Shown one piece after another: positions 47,121-56,383 of a stretch of DNA of 64,000 nt; the first letter of the stretch is position 1; each line of letters starts with the position of its first letter. The notes beneath the pieces were generated by a model. The model was not told the origin of the DNA and ran no database searches. It saw nothing but the letters and a program-made list of their open reading frames with translations. A program made the position numbers and the translations under genes. Location of the stretch: the NCBI GenBank assembly GCA_944326725.1, contig CALVFA010000012.1, positions 1,283 to 65,282 on the forward strand, in the 5' to 3' direction. Source of the stretch: an uncultured Elusimicrobiales bacterium (GTDB lineage Bacteria > Elusimicrobiota > Elusimicrobia > Elusimicrobiales > Elusimicrobiaceae).

Positions 47121-48159
47121 TCTGCCACGAAACCAATGGTTTGACTATATTGGGGAACACTCAAAAGGGAAGATACAGGTTGTATCTGCCCAGTTACCCG
47201 AGGGACCTGTTGTCATTAAGCGTTATGATCCATCCCGCAAACAAACGGTCATTAGCGCCAAAGAAGCCAATATTTCGGGCAATATGTTATGGCGGGTGGC
47301 TAATGCAATCCAACCCGGAGTTCCAGTAAATATTGACCGTGTGCTGGGAGCCAGCTATAATACCCGGTCTGCATTGGAAACTTTGTTAGCCCATACTCCA
47401 GAGTTTTATTGGTGCCTCCCTGGTCGCATTGAACTTGTAGATTCTACTTCCCAAATTAAACGAGGCCATAAACACTTGGTCTGGATACCAGAGAAACCTC
47501 ACCGTAATGGCGTTGCTGAAAAATATGAAACAGATGTAACTATTTCGGAAATTCCGACAGCATCAGCTGTTTATGAAGCCATTGCATTGCCGGATACTCC
47601 TGTTGACAATGGAATGGATATTGAAGCCAAGAGACGGCACTTGCAAATTCAAATCGCATTGGTAATTATCGGACGTCATTTCGGTTTTCGAACATGGATA
47701 GCCCGTAATGATCAAGGACTCACATATGGCGATAAAAAGGTGGGAGAACTGGAAGGGGTTATTCATCGTTTGGAAGATGAAAAAATGTTACAAGCATATC
47801 CTGATGCTGTCCATGCCGCACTGTTGATAGATGGTATTTGGTTCGAAGGAGACCGTTTTATGCCTGCGGTAATAGAAGTAGAACATTCTACAGGCGTGAC
47901 GAGCGGTTTATCCCGTATGAAAAATTTTCAGGACCGTATTCCGCCTTTTCCAACACGGTGGATTATCGTAGCCCCTGATGAAGACCGGGATAAAGTGTAC
48001 CGGGAAGCCAATAAACCCCAATTCCATTCATTAAAAGCCATGTATATGCCGTATTCGGCGGTGGATGAGTTATATTCTTTGCTGCAACGCCGAGGTGTCA
48101 CCCCTGATATGGTGAATGATAAATTTTTAAATTGTTATTTGGAATCTTGCATTTCATAA
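47080..48159 (+). CDS. Putative type II restriction endonuclease
   Basis: Overlaps MTase 2; IDGIWF...AVIEVEHST nuclease-like motif. Confidence 0.75.
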   Translation: MRITPENIVKAINNLPRNQWFDYIGEHSKGKIQVVSAQLPEGPVVIKRYDPSRKQTVISAKEANISGNMLWRVANAIQPGVPVNIDRVLGASYNTRSALETLLAHTPEFYWCLPGRIELVDSTSQIKRGHKHLVWIPEKPHRNGVAEKYETDVTISEIPTASAVYEAIALPDTPVDNGMDIEAKRRHLQIQIALVIIGRHFGFRTWIARNDQGLTYGDKKVGELEGVIHRLEDEKMLQAYPDAVHAALLIDGIWFEGDRFMPAVIEVEHSTGVTSGLSRMKNFQDRIPPFPTRWIIVAPDEDRDKVYREANKPQFHSLKAMYMPYSAVDELYSLLQRRGVTPDMVNDKFLNCYLESCIS

Positions 48160-48186
48160 TTTGGAACGGCCATACATTTAATATCC

Positions 48187-48221
48187 TACTTGACTTATCT
48201 CCCAATAGTAAGCGTGAATGT
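48187..48221 (+). repeat. 35-bp direct repeat copy 1 (promoter-like)
   Basis: TACTTGACTTATCTCCCAATAGTAAGCGTGAATGT identical to 49832-49866. Confidence 0.95.
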
Positions 48222-48259
48222 AGTACGAAGTAAAAATCGCTTACTTAAGGAGATAAGTT

Positions 48260-48568
48260 ATGAAGAAAAACACTAAAAAATCAGTAACAAAAACTAAACC
48301 CGCGCAACCTGCTGTTTTACGGGTAGTGAGTCCTATTATTACCGAAGAAACACCGCTTGAAAACCTGCCTGTCCGGCCACGCGATAACCGCTTGCCCGCG
48401 CCAGGGAGCATCATCACAAAAACTTATCGTGGCAAAACCATAGAAGTAAAAGTGCTGGGAAACGGCTTTGAATACGAAGGGAAAGTATTCAAAAGCATCT
48501 CACGTGTGGCAATGACGATCGTCAAACGCCAAATCAGCGGTTATGTATTCTTTGGGCTTTCCAAATGA
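48260..48568 (+). CDS. DUF2924-family protein
   Basis: RLPAPGSIITKTYRG..EVKVLGNGFEYEG..FKSIS..SGYVFFGL. Confidence 0.85.
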   Translation: MKKNTKKSVTKTKPAQPAVLRVVSPIITEETPLENLPVRPRDNRLPAPGSIITKTYRGKTIEVKVLGNGFEYEGKVFKSISRVAMTIVKRQISGYVFFGLSK

Positions 48569-48768
48569 CACCGCGCCATTTGCCGCCGACTTCAGGGCGA
48601 TTTGTAAAGGGCCGCTCGGGTAATCCTCTGGGGCGGCCTTCCCGAAATTTTCGCGAAAGAGATATTCTCTTGTTAGTCGCTAAATTCTTTGAAACTTTAG
48701 CCAAGGCCTATTGTAATCAAAGCCGTTCGGTGGAAAAAATCCGTCAGATTAAGGATATTTTGTCATGA
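48565..48768 (+). CDS. Short DUF5681-motif protein
   Basis: RFVKGRSGNPLGRP; ATGA overlaps at both ends. Confidence 0.65.
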   Translation: MTPRHLPPTSGRFVKGRSGNPLGRPSRNFRERDILLLVAKFFETLAKAYCNQSRSVEKIRQIKDILS

Positions 48769-49208
48769 GAAGAAAGTGCTACTTGCCTAAAAGTTATGAA
48801 GAATTAAAAGGGCTATCCCCCAAAGAACTGCGGTTTTATTGGAATGTTTTCTATACCAGCCCTTTGAGAGGGGCTAAGGCCAAGTTGCGCCCTTTGTGGT
48901 ATGCCATCCAATGTGAGCTAGGGCGTTGTCAACTACAAGAAAAATACATCACGCGGCTTGACCGGTATGCGAGCAATCCCGACAAGTATATCGAGCATGC
49001 GCATAAAAAACGCTATGCGTTGGCCGTGGGCACGATACTCACAAAAACTTATAAAGGGCGGACGTATCAAGTGACCGTAAAAGGGGAAAATGCCTATGAG
49101 TGGGAAGGGAAAATATATCCCAATTTAACAGCACTAGCGGAGAAGATCGTGCGAAGTCACGTCAGCGGCCCCAAATTTTTCGGATTAACTAATAGATCAT
49201 TGTCCTAA
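48765..49208 (+). CDS. DUF2924-family protein
   Basis: GTILTKTYKG..QVTV..YEWEGKIY..LTALA..SGPKFFGL. Confidence 0.85.
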   Translation: MRRKCYLPKSYEELKGLSPKELRFYWNVFYTSPLRGAKAKLRPLWYAIQCELGRCQLQEKYITRLDRYASNPDKYIEHAHKKRYALAVGTILTKTYKGRTYQVTVKGENAYEWEGKIYPNLTALAEKIVRSHVSGPKFFGLTNRSLS

Positions 49209-49832
49209 TCCCCAAAAATACATATCCAATATCTTCATTGGCGGATATATATGGTATGTTTTATGGAGAGCATCTATTTCTTTTTGATTTTTCTTATAAA
49301 AGTCGCATAGCTGTTTATAACCTTTTGGAGACATTGTCTGTAGTAAATGGCTCTTTTTGAGACCTGCTTTGACAAAACGGTCATAGGCGGGAATATTACC
49401 CAGAACGCCCATCAAAATCTTGGAGATAAGTGTATCAGATACCAAAGCGGAATCGGTTATATTAGGCCGTATTTGATGTTGTTTAGTAAAATAATAGCTT
49501 TTTAGGTCTTGAATTAATTGAAATAGAAGGCCAATTTTGGGTCCATCAAGTATTTGAGAATCATGTAACTGTTTATATTTGGATGAGAATATAATTTTTA
49601 GAGCGGGTATATGTATGGTATATGTGTATTGCAAGAGGAACGAGCTACCACGGTACATTCCCCAACTGGCCAAATAAAAAGCTAGCATAAGGGCAGCTTT
49701 ATCCCAATCCCGCTTGTCGAATTTTTTGAAAAAAAATTGATAACAAAACTCCCATGATTTGTAACGGCCATCCGGACTATTGCATTCGTCTTTAATAAAT
49801 GTACTTACGTAATATGTAATTCCTCTTTTCAT
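49197..49832 (-). CDS. Hypothetical protein
   Basis: FYLASWGMYRGSSFLL, SDTLISKILMGVLGNIPAYD; ATG at 49832 abuts the repeat. Confidence 0.75.
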   Translation of the reverse strand: MKRGITYYVSTFIKDECNSPDGRYKSWEFCYQFFFKKFDKRDWDKAALMLAFYLASWGMYRGSSFLLQYTYTIHIPALKIIFSSKYKQLHDSQILDGPKIGLLFQLIQDLKSYYFTKQHQIRPNITDSALVSDTLISKILMGVLGNIPAYDRFVKAGLKKSHLLQTMSPKGYKQLCDFYKKNQKEIDALHKTYHIYPPMKILDMYFWGLGQ

Positions 49833-49866
49833 ACTTGACTTATCTCCCAATAGTAAGCGTGAATGT
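49832..49866 (+). repeat. 35-bp direct repeat copy 2 (promoter-like)
   Basis: Identical to 48187-48221; directly upstream of recombinase SD AGGAG. Confidence 0.95.
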
Positions 49867-49886
49867 GTATAGGAGAATTATACTAA

Positions 49887-51515
49887 ATGGCAAAAATTAA
49901 TTGTGCAATATACACCCGTAAATCTACGGAGCGCGGGCTGGAAATGGAGTTTAACTCACTCCAAAACCAAGAAGAGGCGTGTAAGGCCTATATCCTCTCG
50001 CAAGCGTTTAATGGGTGGGAGTATTATAAAACCTTTGAGGACGGCGGGATTAGCGGCGGTACGATGGAGCGCCCCGGCTTGCAAGCACTTTTGGAAGAAA
50101 TCCGCGAGCGCAACATACAGGTAGTTGTCGTCTATAAAGTGGACCGTCTTTCGCGCTCTATCTTTGATTTCCATAAAATGATGCAGGAATTTGCCAAGTA
50201 CGAGTGTAACTTTGTATCTATAACTCAATCGTTTGATACGAGCAATTCTATGGGAAAACTCACACTCAATATGCTTCTATCTTTTGCCCAGTTTGAACGC
50301 GAAGTATCCGCCGAGCGTGTGCGTGATAAAATTGCTGCCAGTAAGGCCAAAGGGCTATGGATGGGGGGTAATTTGCCGTTGGGATATGACCTTAACGATA
50401 GACATCTGGTGGTAAATGAGCCGGAAGCCGAAATCGTGCGGCAAGTATTTCAAAAATATCTTGAAGTGCAAAATATGCTTGAAGTGGCTGAATGGCTAAA
50501 TAAACAGGGGATTTATACCAAGAAATGGGTTACCAAACACAGCCAGCGTACACGGGGCGGCGAACCTTTTAAGAAAAACACCGTGCAGCGTATGTTGACT
50601 AATCCTGTTTACCTTGGAAAAATTACGCATTACAGACAAAACAAAATTTATAACGGGGTGCATAAACCCATTATTTCCCGTGAGCTGTGGGATCGAGTGC
50701 AGCAGGTAATAAGGCGGAGAATTAACGACCCAAATGCATTTTGTCACTACAAATTCCATAAAACGGTTTTGGCAGATAAGTTATACGATGATAAAGGGAA
50801 AAAATTCCGGTTTACTTCCTCAAAAAGCCACGGGAGAAAAATATTGTATTACTACAATGGCGTGGGCGGGCATTATTTGCCCGTGGAGCAGTTGGATGGA
50901 TTTGTGCTTGATATGCTCCGGCAGACTGATTTGGAGGGATTAGAGCCCTTGGCCGATAGAATCGGCATAACGGATAAACAAATGCAGTCTTGGATTGTTA
51001 AGGCAACATGCCAGACGGCAGGGAAAGCGCATTATTTGACGATTCTTTTAGATGAAAAACAAATAAAAACTGATTTAATCAATTGCCCGAAAATAACGGA
51101 GAAATTAGAGAGAAAATCCCTTTCGTTAGAACGGATGGAAGGTAATTTATATGTGCGCGGGAAATTTATGGTTGCCAATGTATCCTCTGTAAAATTGCGA
51201 AATGGCACAGCGCGCAATATTTTAACGATACGACAACTTAATGAAAGTTTAGTCCGCGCATTGGCGCGGGGTTGGCAACTTAAAAAGATAAGCGAACGCG
51301 GCGAGGGAATGAGAGTTTTGGAAAAAGAAGTGCACATGACAAAGCGTACCATTTCGCGATATATTAACTTATGCTATTTATCCCCGCGTATTGTAGCGGA
51401 TATCTTGGAATACAAGAATCCGAATAATTTAACATTGCGCGAACTTATGAATCTTGCCGAAGGAAATGTTGATTTTAGCAAGCAGGAAAAGATGTGGAAA
51501 ATAAATCTATTTTAG
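49887..51515 (+). CDS. Large serine recombinase
   Basis: AIYTRKS catalytic Ser, DGGISGG..ERPGL, YKVDRLSRS, SFAQFERE, GG..PLGY, NPVYLG. Confidence 0.95.
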   Translation: MAKINCAIYTRKSTERGLEMEFNSLQNQEEACKAYILSQAFNGWEYYKTFEDGGISGGTMERPGLQALLEEIRERNIQVVVVYKVDRLSRSIFDFHKMMQEFAKYECNFVSITQSFDTSNSMGKLTLNMLLSFAQFEREVSAERVRDKIAASKAKGLWMGGNLPLGYDLNDRHLVVNEPEAEIVRQVFQKYLEVQNMLEVAEWLNKQGIYTKKWVTKHSQRTRGGEPFKKNTVQRMLTNPVYLGKITHYRQNKIYNGVHKPIISRELWDRVQQVIRRRINDPNAFCHYKFHKTVLADKLYDDKGKKFRFTSSKSHGRKILYYYNGVGGHYLPVEQLDGFVLDMLRQTDLEGLEPLADRIGITDKQMQSWIVKATCQTAGKAHYLTILLDEKQIKTDLINCPKITEKLERKSLSLERMEGNLYVRGKFMVANVSSVKLRNGTARNILTIRQLNESLVRALARGWQLKKISERGEGMRVLEKEVHMTKRTISRYINLCYLSPRIVADILEYKNPNNLTLRELMNLAEGNVDFSKQEKMWKINLF

Positions 51516-52329
51516 ACTCTAATTCTATTAATTTTTTTATTTCCTGCTTTAAATCTTCTTGAATGGTTGGGGAAAGTTTATCTTTAATTATATCTTCGAT
51601 ACTTGTTAATATGCGTATTAAATGGCTACTGATTATTAATAAGTTATATTTGTCTAAAGTAGGCTGGTCATTCCAATAATAAAGATTACCATGGAGAATT
51701 GTAGAATTCTCATCATAAAAATGATAGAACACATCATGTAAATTATATTTTGTATTTGCAAATTTAGGTTCTATCTTTTGTATTTCTTTTAATAAAATAT
51801 ATACATTTTGTGAACCTAATCTCTGTTTTTGAAAAAAATTATCAAGAGTTTGTATTTCTTTATCAGTGAAATTAATAATTGATTGAGGAAATTTTTTATT
51901 TAATATTTCATTATTTCTAATAAATTCTTTGATATTATTTTCTATGTTTTGTTGTAATTCTATTATTTCCCTTAATCGTGGAAATGTTCTTAAGTCTTTA
52001 TATAGACCAAGTTGATATTTTATTTTAATAGCAAGTGATTTTTCAAGAAAATGTTTTTGTTCATTAGGGTATAACTTCAAATATTTTGCATAAATTGTTG
52101 TTTCGATAGCACTTCGAAATATCATGAAGCCTTCATTTATAAAATTCTTTAAAATTAGACTAATGGCAGCGATACAATTGGAATTAATCTTATTGATTAA
52201 AAGTATAAAAACACGAGAATCTGCAGTGTTAGGAATAGATGGCGCTATATTATTGAGTATTTTTAATAAATTTTGCCATCTTATAAAAAATTGTGTTTGT
52301 ATAACTGTTGCTGATTTTGTATAGTCCAT
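51475..52329 (-). CDS. Very AT-rich hypothetical protein (DUF5677/HEPN-like, tentative)
   Basis: IFRSAIE motif and ENSTILHG motif; helical. Confidence 0.6.
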   Translation of the reverse strand: MDYTKSATVIQTQFFIRWQNLLKILNNIAPSIPNTADSRVFILLINKINSNCIAAISLILKNFINEGFMIFRSAIETTIYAKYLKLYPNEQKHFLEKSLAIKIKYQLGLYKDLRTFPRLREIIELQQNIENNIKEFIRNNEILNKKFPQSIINFTDKEIQTLDNFFQKQRLGSQNVYILLKEIQKIEPKFANTKYNLHDVFYHFYDENSTILHGNLYYWNDQPTLDKYNLLIISSHLIRILTSIEDIIKDKLSPTIQEDLKQEIKKLIELESKIDLFSTSFPAC

Positions 52330-52538
52330 AACTATATATATACTAAATATGGCGATTTATTTAAAATTTTGGATCTTGCGAATTTGGCAGTTAGAGAAAA
52401 AGGCCCGAAATGGGCCTTTTTTGTGCTCACCTAAAAGTACTCTATGACCTGGATAGATAAAAACCGCGCAATTTTACCGACGGGAGTGGGAAAAATTACC
52501 CAACAAAAAAGGCACTCTACCAAGAGTGCCTTAATAAA

Positions 52539-52614
52539 TGGTGGACCGGACAGGACTCGAACCTGTGACCTCCTGCGTGTAAAGCAGGCGCTCTACCAGC
52601 TAAGCTACCGATCC
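52539..52614 (-). tRNA. tRNA-Val(TAC)
   Basis: GGATCGG acceptor, CCTGC-TTTACAC-GCAGG anticodon arm, ACAGG-TTCGAGT-CCTGT, encoded CCA; terminator 52509-52532. Confidence 0.95.
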
Positions 52615-52822
52615 CAAATTGTCTATATGTTTATTTTATCAAATAATCGGCTCTTTCTGCTCATTTGTTTTTTTGTCAGGGGAAATATTGCAATAAAATT
52701 CCAACGGGGAGTGTTATATTTATTGGAAGATCTTCATGCGTATCTTCTTCCTGAATGAACAAGTTCCGGCTCCTAAAGGGCCGGACACTTTGTTAGCCGG
52801 TTTTTGCAAAACACATTTTTCT

Positions 52823-54064
52823 TTAGCGGTCTTTCTGGGCCGCCGCTTCCAATAACAGCTCCAGCGCCTTTACTGAAGCTTTGGCAATGTTGCGCTCCCG
52901 CGTGGCGGAAAAATGGAACCGCTGCGCCGCCGCGCCCTGCGGCCCGGCCACCGCTATCCACACCGTACCGACGGGCTTTTCAGCGCTGCCGCCGTTCGGT
53001 CCGGCCACGCCGGTGGTCGCTACTGCAAAATCCGCCCCCGTCAATTTACGCACGCCCTGGGCCATTTGCAAAGCCACCGGCTCACTCACCGCGCCATACT
53101 TCTCCAAATCTTCCGCATTCACGCCCAGCACATTTACTTTTACTTCATTGGCGTAAGACACCACCCCGCCTAAAAAATAGCGCGAAGCCCCCGCCACCGC
53201 CGTAATCATATGGGCGATATTACCCCCGGTGCAGCTTTCCGCTGTGGCTACCGTTACCCCCAGACGGGCTATCTTTTCCGCAAACACATCTTCCGGTGCG
53301 CCATGCATGCTTTCGGTAAATCTTTTGCCTATTAAAGCGCGCTTTAAGTGGGTCCAATACTGCGCCAGCTGTTCTTTGGCTTTGCCTTTGGCTGTTAAAC
53401 GCAGGCGCACAAACCCCGGCGAAGGCAAATAAGCCAGGCCTATCCCCGCCGGCAGGCTCTCTTCATAATTGGCCAGGCTCATAGCCAGCTCAGATTCCGG
53501 CACATCAAATACAGTCAGCATTTTATAGCTCAGCAAATCCCCGGCCAAACGTTTTTCCAACCGGGGGATTACTTCCTCTTTAAGCAAATGTTCTGCCTCA
53601 AAAGGCACCCCCGGCAAAGACACCAGCACCCGCCCGTCCTTTTCAAACCACATACCGCAGGCGGTGCCTTTGCGGTTGCGCAGCAGCACGCATTCCTGCG
53701 GCAGCAGGGCCTGATTTTTGTTATAGAGGTTCATACTCCCTTTGGGATAATGGGAAACAAATTCTTCCACCCACTTGTAAGCCTGCTCATTAAACACCAG
53801 GCGGGTGCCGAAATAATCGGCTAAAGTTTTTTTGGTTAAATCGTCTTTGGTGGGGCCCAGGCCGCCGGTCATAATCACAATATCGGCCTGCTTTAAAGCC
53901 GCATCTGCGGCACAGCGGATTTGCTGCGGCGTATCCGCCACCGAGAGCATTTGCACCGTCTCTATCCCCAGCTGCGCCAAAGCGGCGGCGGCAAAACGGG
54001 AATTGGTGTCCAAAATCTGCCCCAGCAGGATTTCATCTCCAATAGTTACAATAATTGCTTTCAT
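52823..54064 (-). CDS. cinA: CinA / NMN deamidase
   Basis: IGDEILLGQILDTN, TGGLGPTKDDLT, LPGVP, AESCTGG, TGVAGP. Confidence 0.95.
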   Translation of the reverse strand: MKAIIVTIGDEILLGQILDTNSRFAAAALAQLGIETVQMLSVADTPQQIRCAADAALKQADIVIMTGGLGPTKDDLTKKTLADYFGTRLVFNEQAYKWVEEFVSHYPKGSMNLYNKNQALLPQECVLLRNRKGTACGMWFEKDGRVLVSLPGVPFEAEHLLKEEVIPRLEKRLAGDLLSYKMLTVFDVPESELAMSLANYEESLPAGIGLAYLPSPGFVRLRLTAKGKAKEQLAQYWTHLKRALIGKRFTESMHGAPEDVFAEKIARLGVTVATAESCTGGNIAHMITAVAGASRYFLGGVVSYANEVKVNVLGVNAEDLEKYGAVSEPVALQMAQGVRKLTGADFAVATTGVAGPNGGSAEKPVGTVWIAVAGPQGAAAQRFHFSATRERNIAKASVKALELLLEAAAQKDR

Positions 54065-54155
54065 AGCTTTATTTTAGCACTTCCTTTTATTTTCAGCTCT
54101 TTTGCCTGAGATAAAAAAGCCCCGCCAAAGCGGAGCTTACATGGGCGGGGCGTTG

Positions 54156-54575
54156 TTATTTTTGCTTCAAAATATAAAAAGACGCCATTTCCCCCTCAAT
54201 AGGCTGCCCTTGCATATCCAGCTGTTGCAAGGCCCCTTCTTGCAGTTGATAGTAAAACACTTCGCCCGTTTTATCCGTCGTGGTCAGCAGGCCTTCCTCC
54301 AGCACAAATGTCCCTTCGTCCACATATTTGCTGTCCCGCTCCAGATATTCGGACAATTTGGAAAATGTACCGTCTGCGTTTAAAGTCAGCTCCGTACGGA
54401 TACCCGGGCAATCGGCCGCGGGGAGAACGCCCTCATACACTCCATAAAACCCCTTTGCGCTTCCGGCAGAAGAAGCAGAAGTTGTATTATCCGTGGCAGG
54501 CGCCTTGGCACAAGCGGCGGCAAAGAGCAGCAGGGCGGAAAATACAGAAATAAAAGTAAGGCTGCGTTTCATCAT
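54156..54575 (-). CDS. NlpE/CutF N-terminal domain lipoprotein
   Basis: Lipobox AAAC; YEGVLPAADCPGIRTELTL. Confidence 0.88.
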   Translation of the reverse strand: MMKRSLTFISVFSALLLFAAACAKAPATDNTTSASSAGSAKGFYGVYEGVLPAADCPGIRTELTLNADGTFSKLSEYLERDSKYVDEGTFVLEEGLLTTTDKTGEVFYYQLQEGALQQLDMQGQPIEGEMASFYILKQK

Positions 54576-54658
54576 TTTTCTCCTTTTCTACTATTTTAAT
54601 ATATTAAGTTGTGCGGTAAAAGAGGACGGGCAAATAGTGGATTTTCTATAATACAGCT

Positions 54659-55105
54659 ATGAATAAAAAAGAACAAGCGGCCGCTTTATTTAAAAGCGGC
54701 TATAACTGTGCCCAGTCCGTCCTGCTGGCTTTTAAAGAAGAACTGAATTTAAATGAAGAGCAAGCCCTGCGCCTGGCCTCTTCCTTTGGCGGCGGTATGG
54801 GCCGCCTGCGCGAAGTATGCGGCGCGGTAAGCGGCCTGTTTATGGCGGCCGGGCTTAAATACGGTCCGGCAGACCCCAACGACCACGCCGCCAAAACCGC
54901 CCACTATGCGCTTATTCAAGAGTTGGCGGAAAAATTTAAAAAAGAAAACGGCTCCATCATCTGCCGTGAGCTGTTAGGCCTGCCCGGTGCGCAAAACCCG
55001 GAGCCGGAAAAACGCACCCCGCAATACTACAAAGTCCGCCCCTGCGCCGAAAAAGTGGCTTTTGCCGCCGGTCTGATGGAAGAGCTTTTAAAGAAGCGGC
55101 CCTAA
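54659..55105 (+). CDS. C_GCAxxG_C_C family putative redox protein
   Basis: GYNCAQSV, FGGGMG..EVCGAVSG, GSIICRELLG. Confidence 0.92.
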   Translation: MNKKEQAAALFKSGYNCAQSVLLAFKEELNLNEEQALRLASSFGGGMGRLREVCGAVSGLFMAAGLKYGPADPNDHAAKTAHYALIQELAEKFKKENGSIICRELLGLPGAQNPEPEKRTPQYYKVRPCAEKVAFAAGLMEELLKKRP

Positions 55106-55225
55106 ACAGACGCTTTTGCGTCCCATTTTTTTAAGTACTCTACAAACGCCCCGCCCGCCTGGCGGGGCGTTTTCTACTGCAAAATTTTCCGTCCGCTCCT
55201 GCCGCTGTTTTGCTATAAAGATACT

Positions 55226-55753
55226 ATGCAAAAAGAAAAAGACTTCCTTCCCGGGCGGCTCATCTGCGTTCATGACAAAATGCAACAAAATTACCAATAC
55301 CGCCTTACCTGCCGGCCGGGGCAAAACTTTGCGCCGGATTTTGCGCCGCAGTTAACCCCCGCGCAAATGCTGTCGCGCGGAGTGTTTGAGGGGCATTATT
55401 TGACCGATTGCCAAGATGAGTTCCCTGCGCAGTGGTTTGCCAAGGCCAAACTTTCCCCCGGCGGGCCGGACATCTCTTTAAATCAATTCAAAGTCAAATC
55501 CCGCCAGCCTCTTTCGGTGTGGCGCGAAAAAGGCTGGATTATCCTGCCCGATGTGCGGGGCTGGTTCCAATGGTATTGCCGCTATTATCTGGGCCGCCGA
55601 TTGCCCGAAGTGGACGCACTGCAAATCAAACGCTGGCGCGCATTTAGACGCCACCTGGTGCAAGTGCAAAAACACTGCCCGCCGGGCCATAGCGAGTGCC
55701 GCCCCCGCCAGCGCCAGGCGCTTTTGCAGTGGGCGTATAATCCGGATTTTTAA
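55226..55753 (+). CDS. Hypothetical protein
   Basis: LTPAQML..GVFEGHY, RGWFQWYCRYYLGRR, RQRQALLQWAY. Confidence 0.75.
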   Translation: MQKEKDFLPGRLICVHDKMQQNYQYRLTCRPGQNFAPDFAPQLTPAQMLSRGVFEGHYLTDCQDEFPAQWFAKAKLSPGGPDISLNQFKVKSRQPLSVWREKGWIILPDVRGWFQWYCRYYLGRRLPEVDALQIKRWRAFRRHLVQVQKHCPPGHSECRPRQRQALLQWAYNPDF

Positions 55754-55754
55754 T

Positions 55755-56348
55755 TTATTTTTTATCGGAAGTGTCAAAAATAATATCGGCGCAAGAGTCG
55801 GTATAATACCCCCGGAAATAACGCTCTTCTTCCGGTATCCAGCGGTTGATAAAACCTATCAATTTTTCTTTGCTCTCACGCTTTTGCAAACGGCGGTACT
55901 GGCTGTCTATGTCCAGCTTTAAGAAAACCTTAAAATCATAAAACTCTTCCAGTGTAGGCAATAGCGAATAGGTGCCTTCCACAATATAAACCGGCTGCGG
56001 GGGTATATTCCATTCCCCTTTCCAGCTCTCTGTATGCGCGTCATAGGCGCGGTAGATGAGAGGACCGCCCTGCCTGGCTGGCTCCAACACTTCCTGCGCC
56101 AGGCGCTCCCAATCCATATGTCCGCCCGGCATTTGCAAGCGCTGCGGCGTACGCAGGGCAAAAGGCAGATAAAAATCGTCCATATGAAATACCGGTGCCT
56201 GCAGCGCTTGGCCCAGCGCCTGGGCCAGCGTGGTTTTGCCGCTGCAGCACGCCCCGTCTATAGCTACAATAAAAGGCCCCTGCGTGCGGCGCAGTTGCTT
56301 ATGTAAGGCAGAGAGCACTTTGTTAAAAGGGTTTTTATAAAATTCCAT
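55755..56348 (-). CDS. Uridine-kinase-like P-loop kinase
   Basis: IAIDG-type VAIDGACCSGKTT, HMDDFY, IVEGTY. Confidence 0.85.
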   Translation of the reverse strand: MEFYKNPFNKVLSALHKQLRRTQGPFIVAIDGACCSGKTTLAQALGQALQAPVFHMDDFYLPFALRTPQRLQMPGGHMDWERLAQEVLEPARQGGPLIYRAYDAHTESWKGEWNIPPQPVYIVEGTYSLLPTLEEFYDFKVFLKLDIDSQYRRLQKRESKEKLIGFINRWIPEEERYFRGYYTDSCADIIFDTSDKK

Positions 56349-56383
56349 AAAAAAGGCGGCCCGGTCAGCGGGCCGCCGCTGTA

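Larger units (their letters stand above)
38841..52500. mobile_element. Integrative island: large serine recombinase plus DUF2924/DUF5681 genes, carrying R-M/defence cargo
   Basis: Visible GC drop; recombinase, LexA-like repressor, Bro-N, two Dcm, Vsr, REase; flanked by a tRNA fragment and tRNA-Val; exact att sites not resolved. Confidence 0.85.

Noticed and set aside
38841-52500. Intact prophage or conjugative element
   Set aside because: No capsid, portal, tail, relaxase or T4SS genes recognisable.
38841-52510. Terminal inverted repeat TTTTTGATGGGT / ACCCAACAAAAA at island ends
   Set aside because: Only 12 bp with a mismatch and partly within a terminator tail; could be chance.
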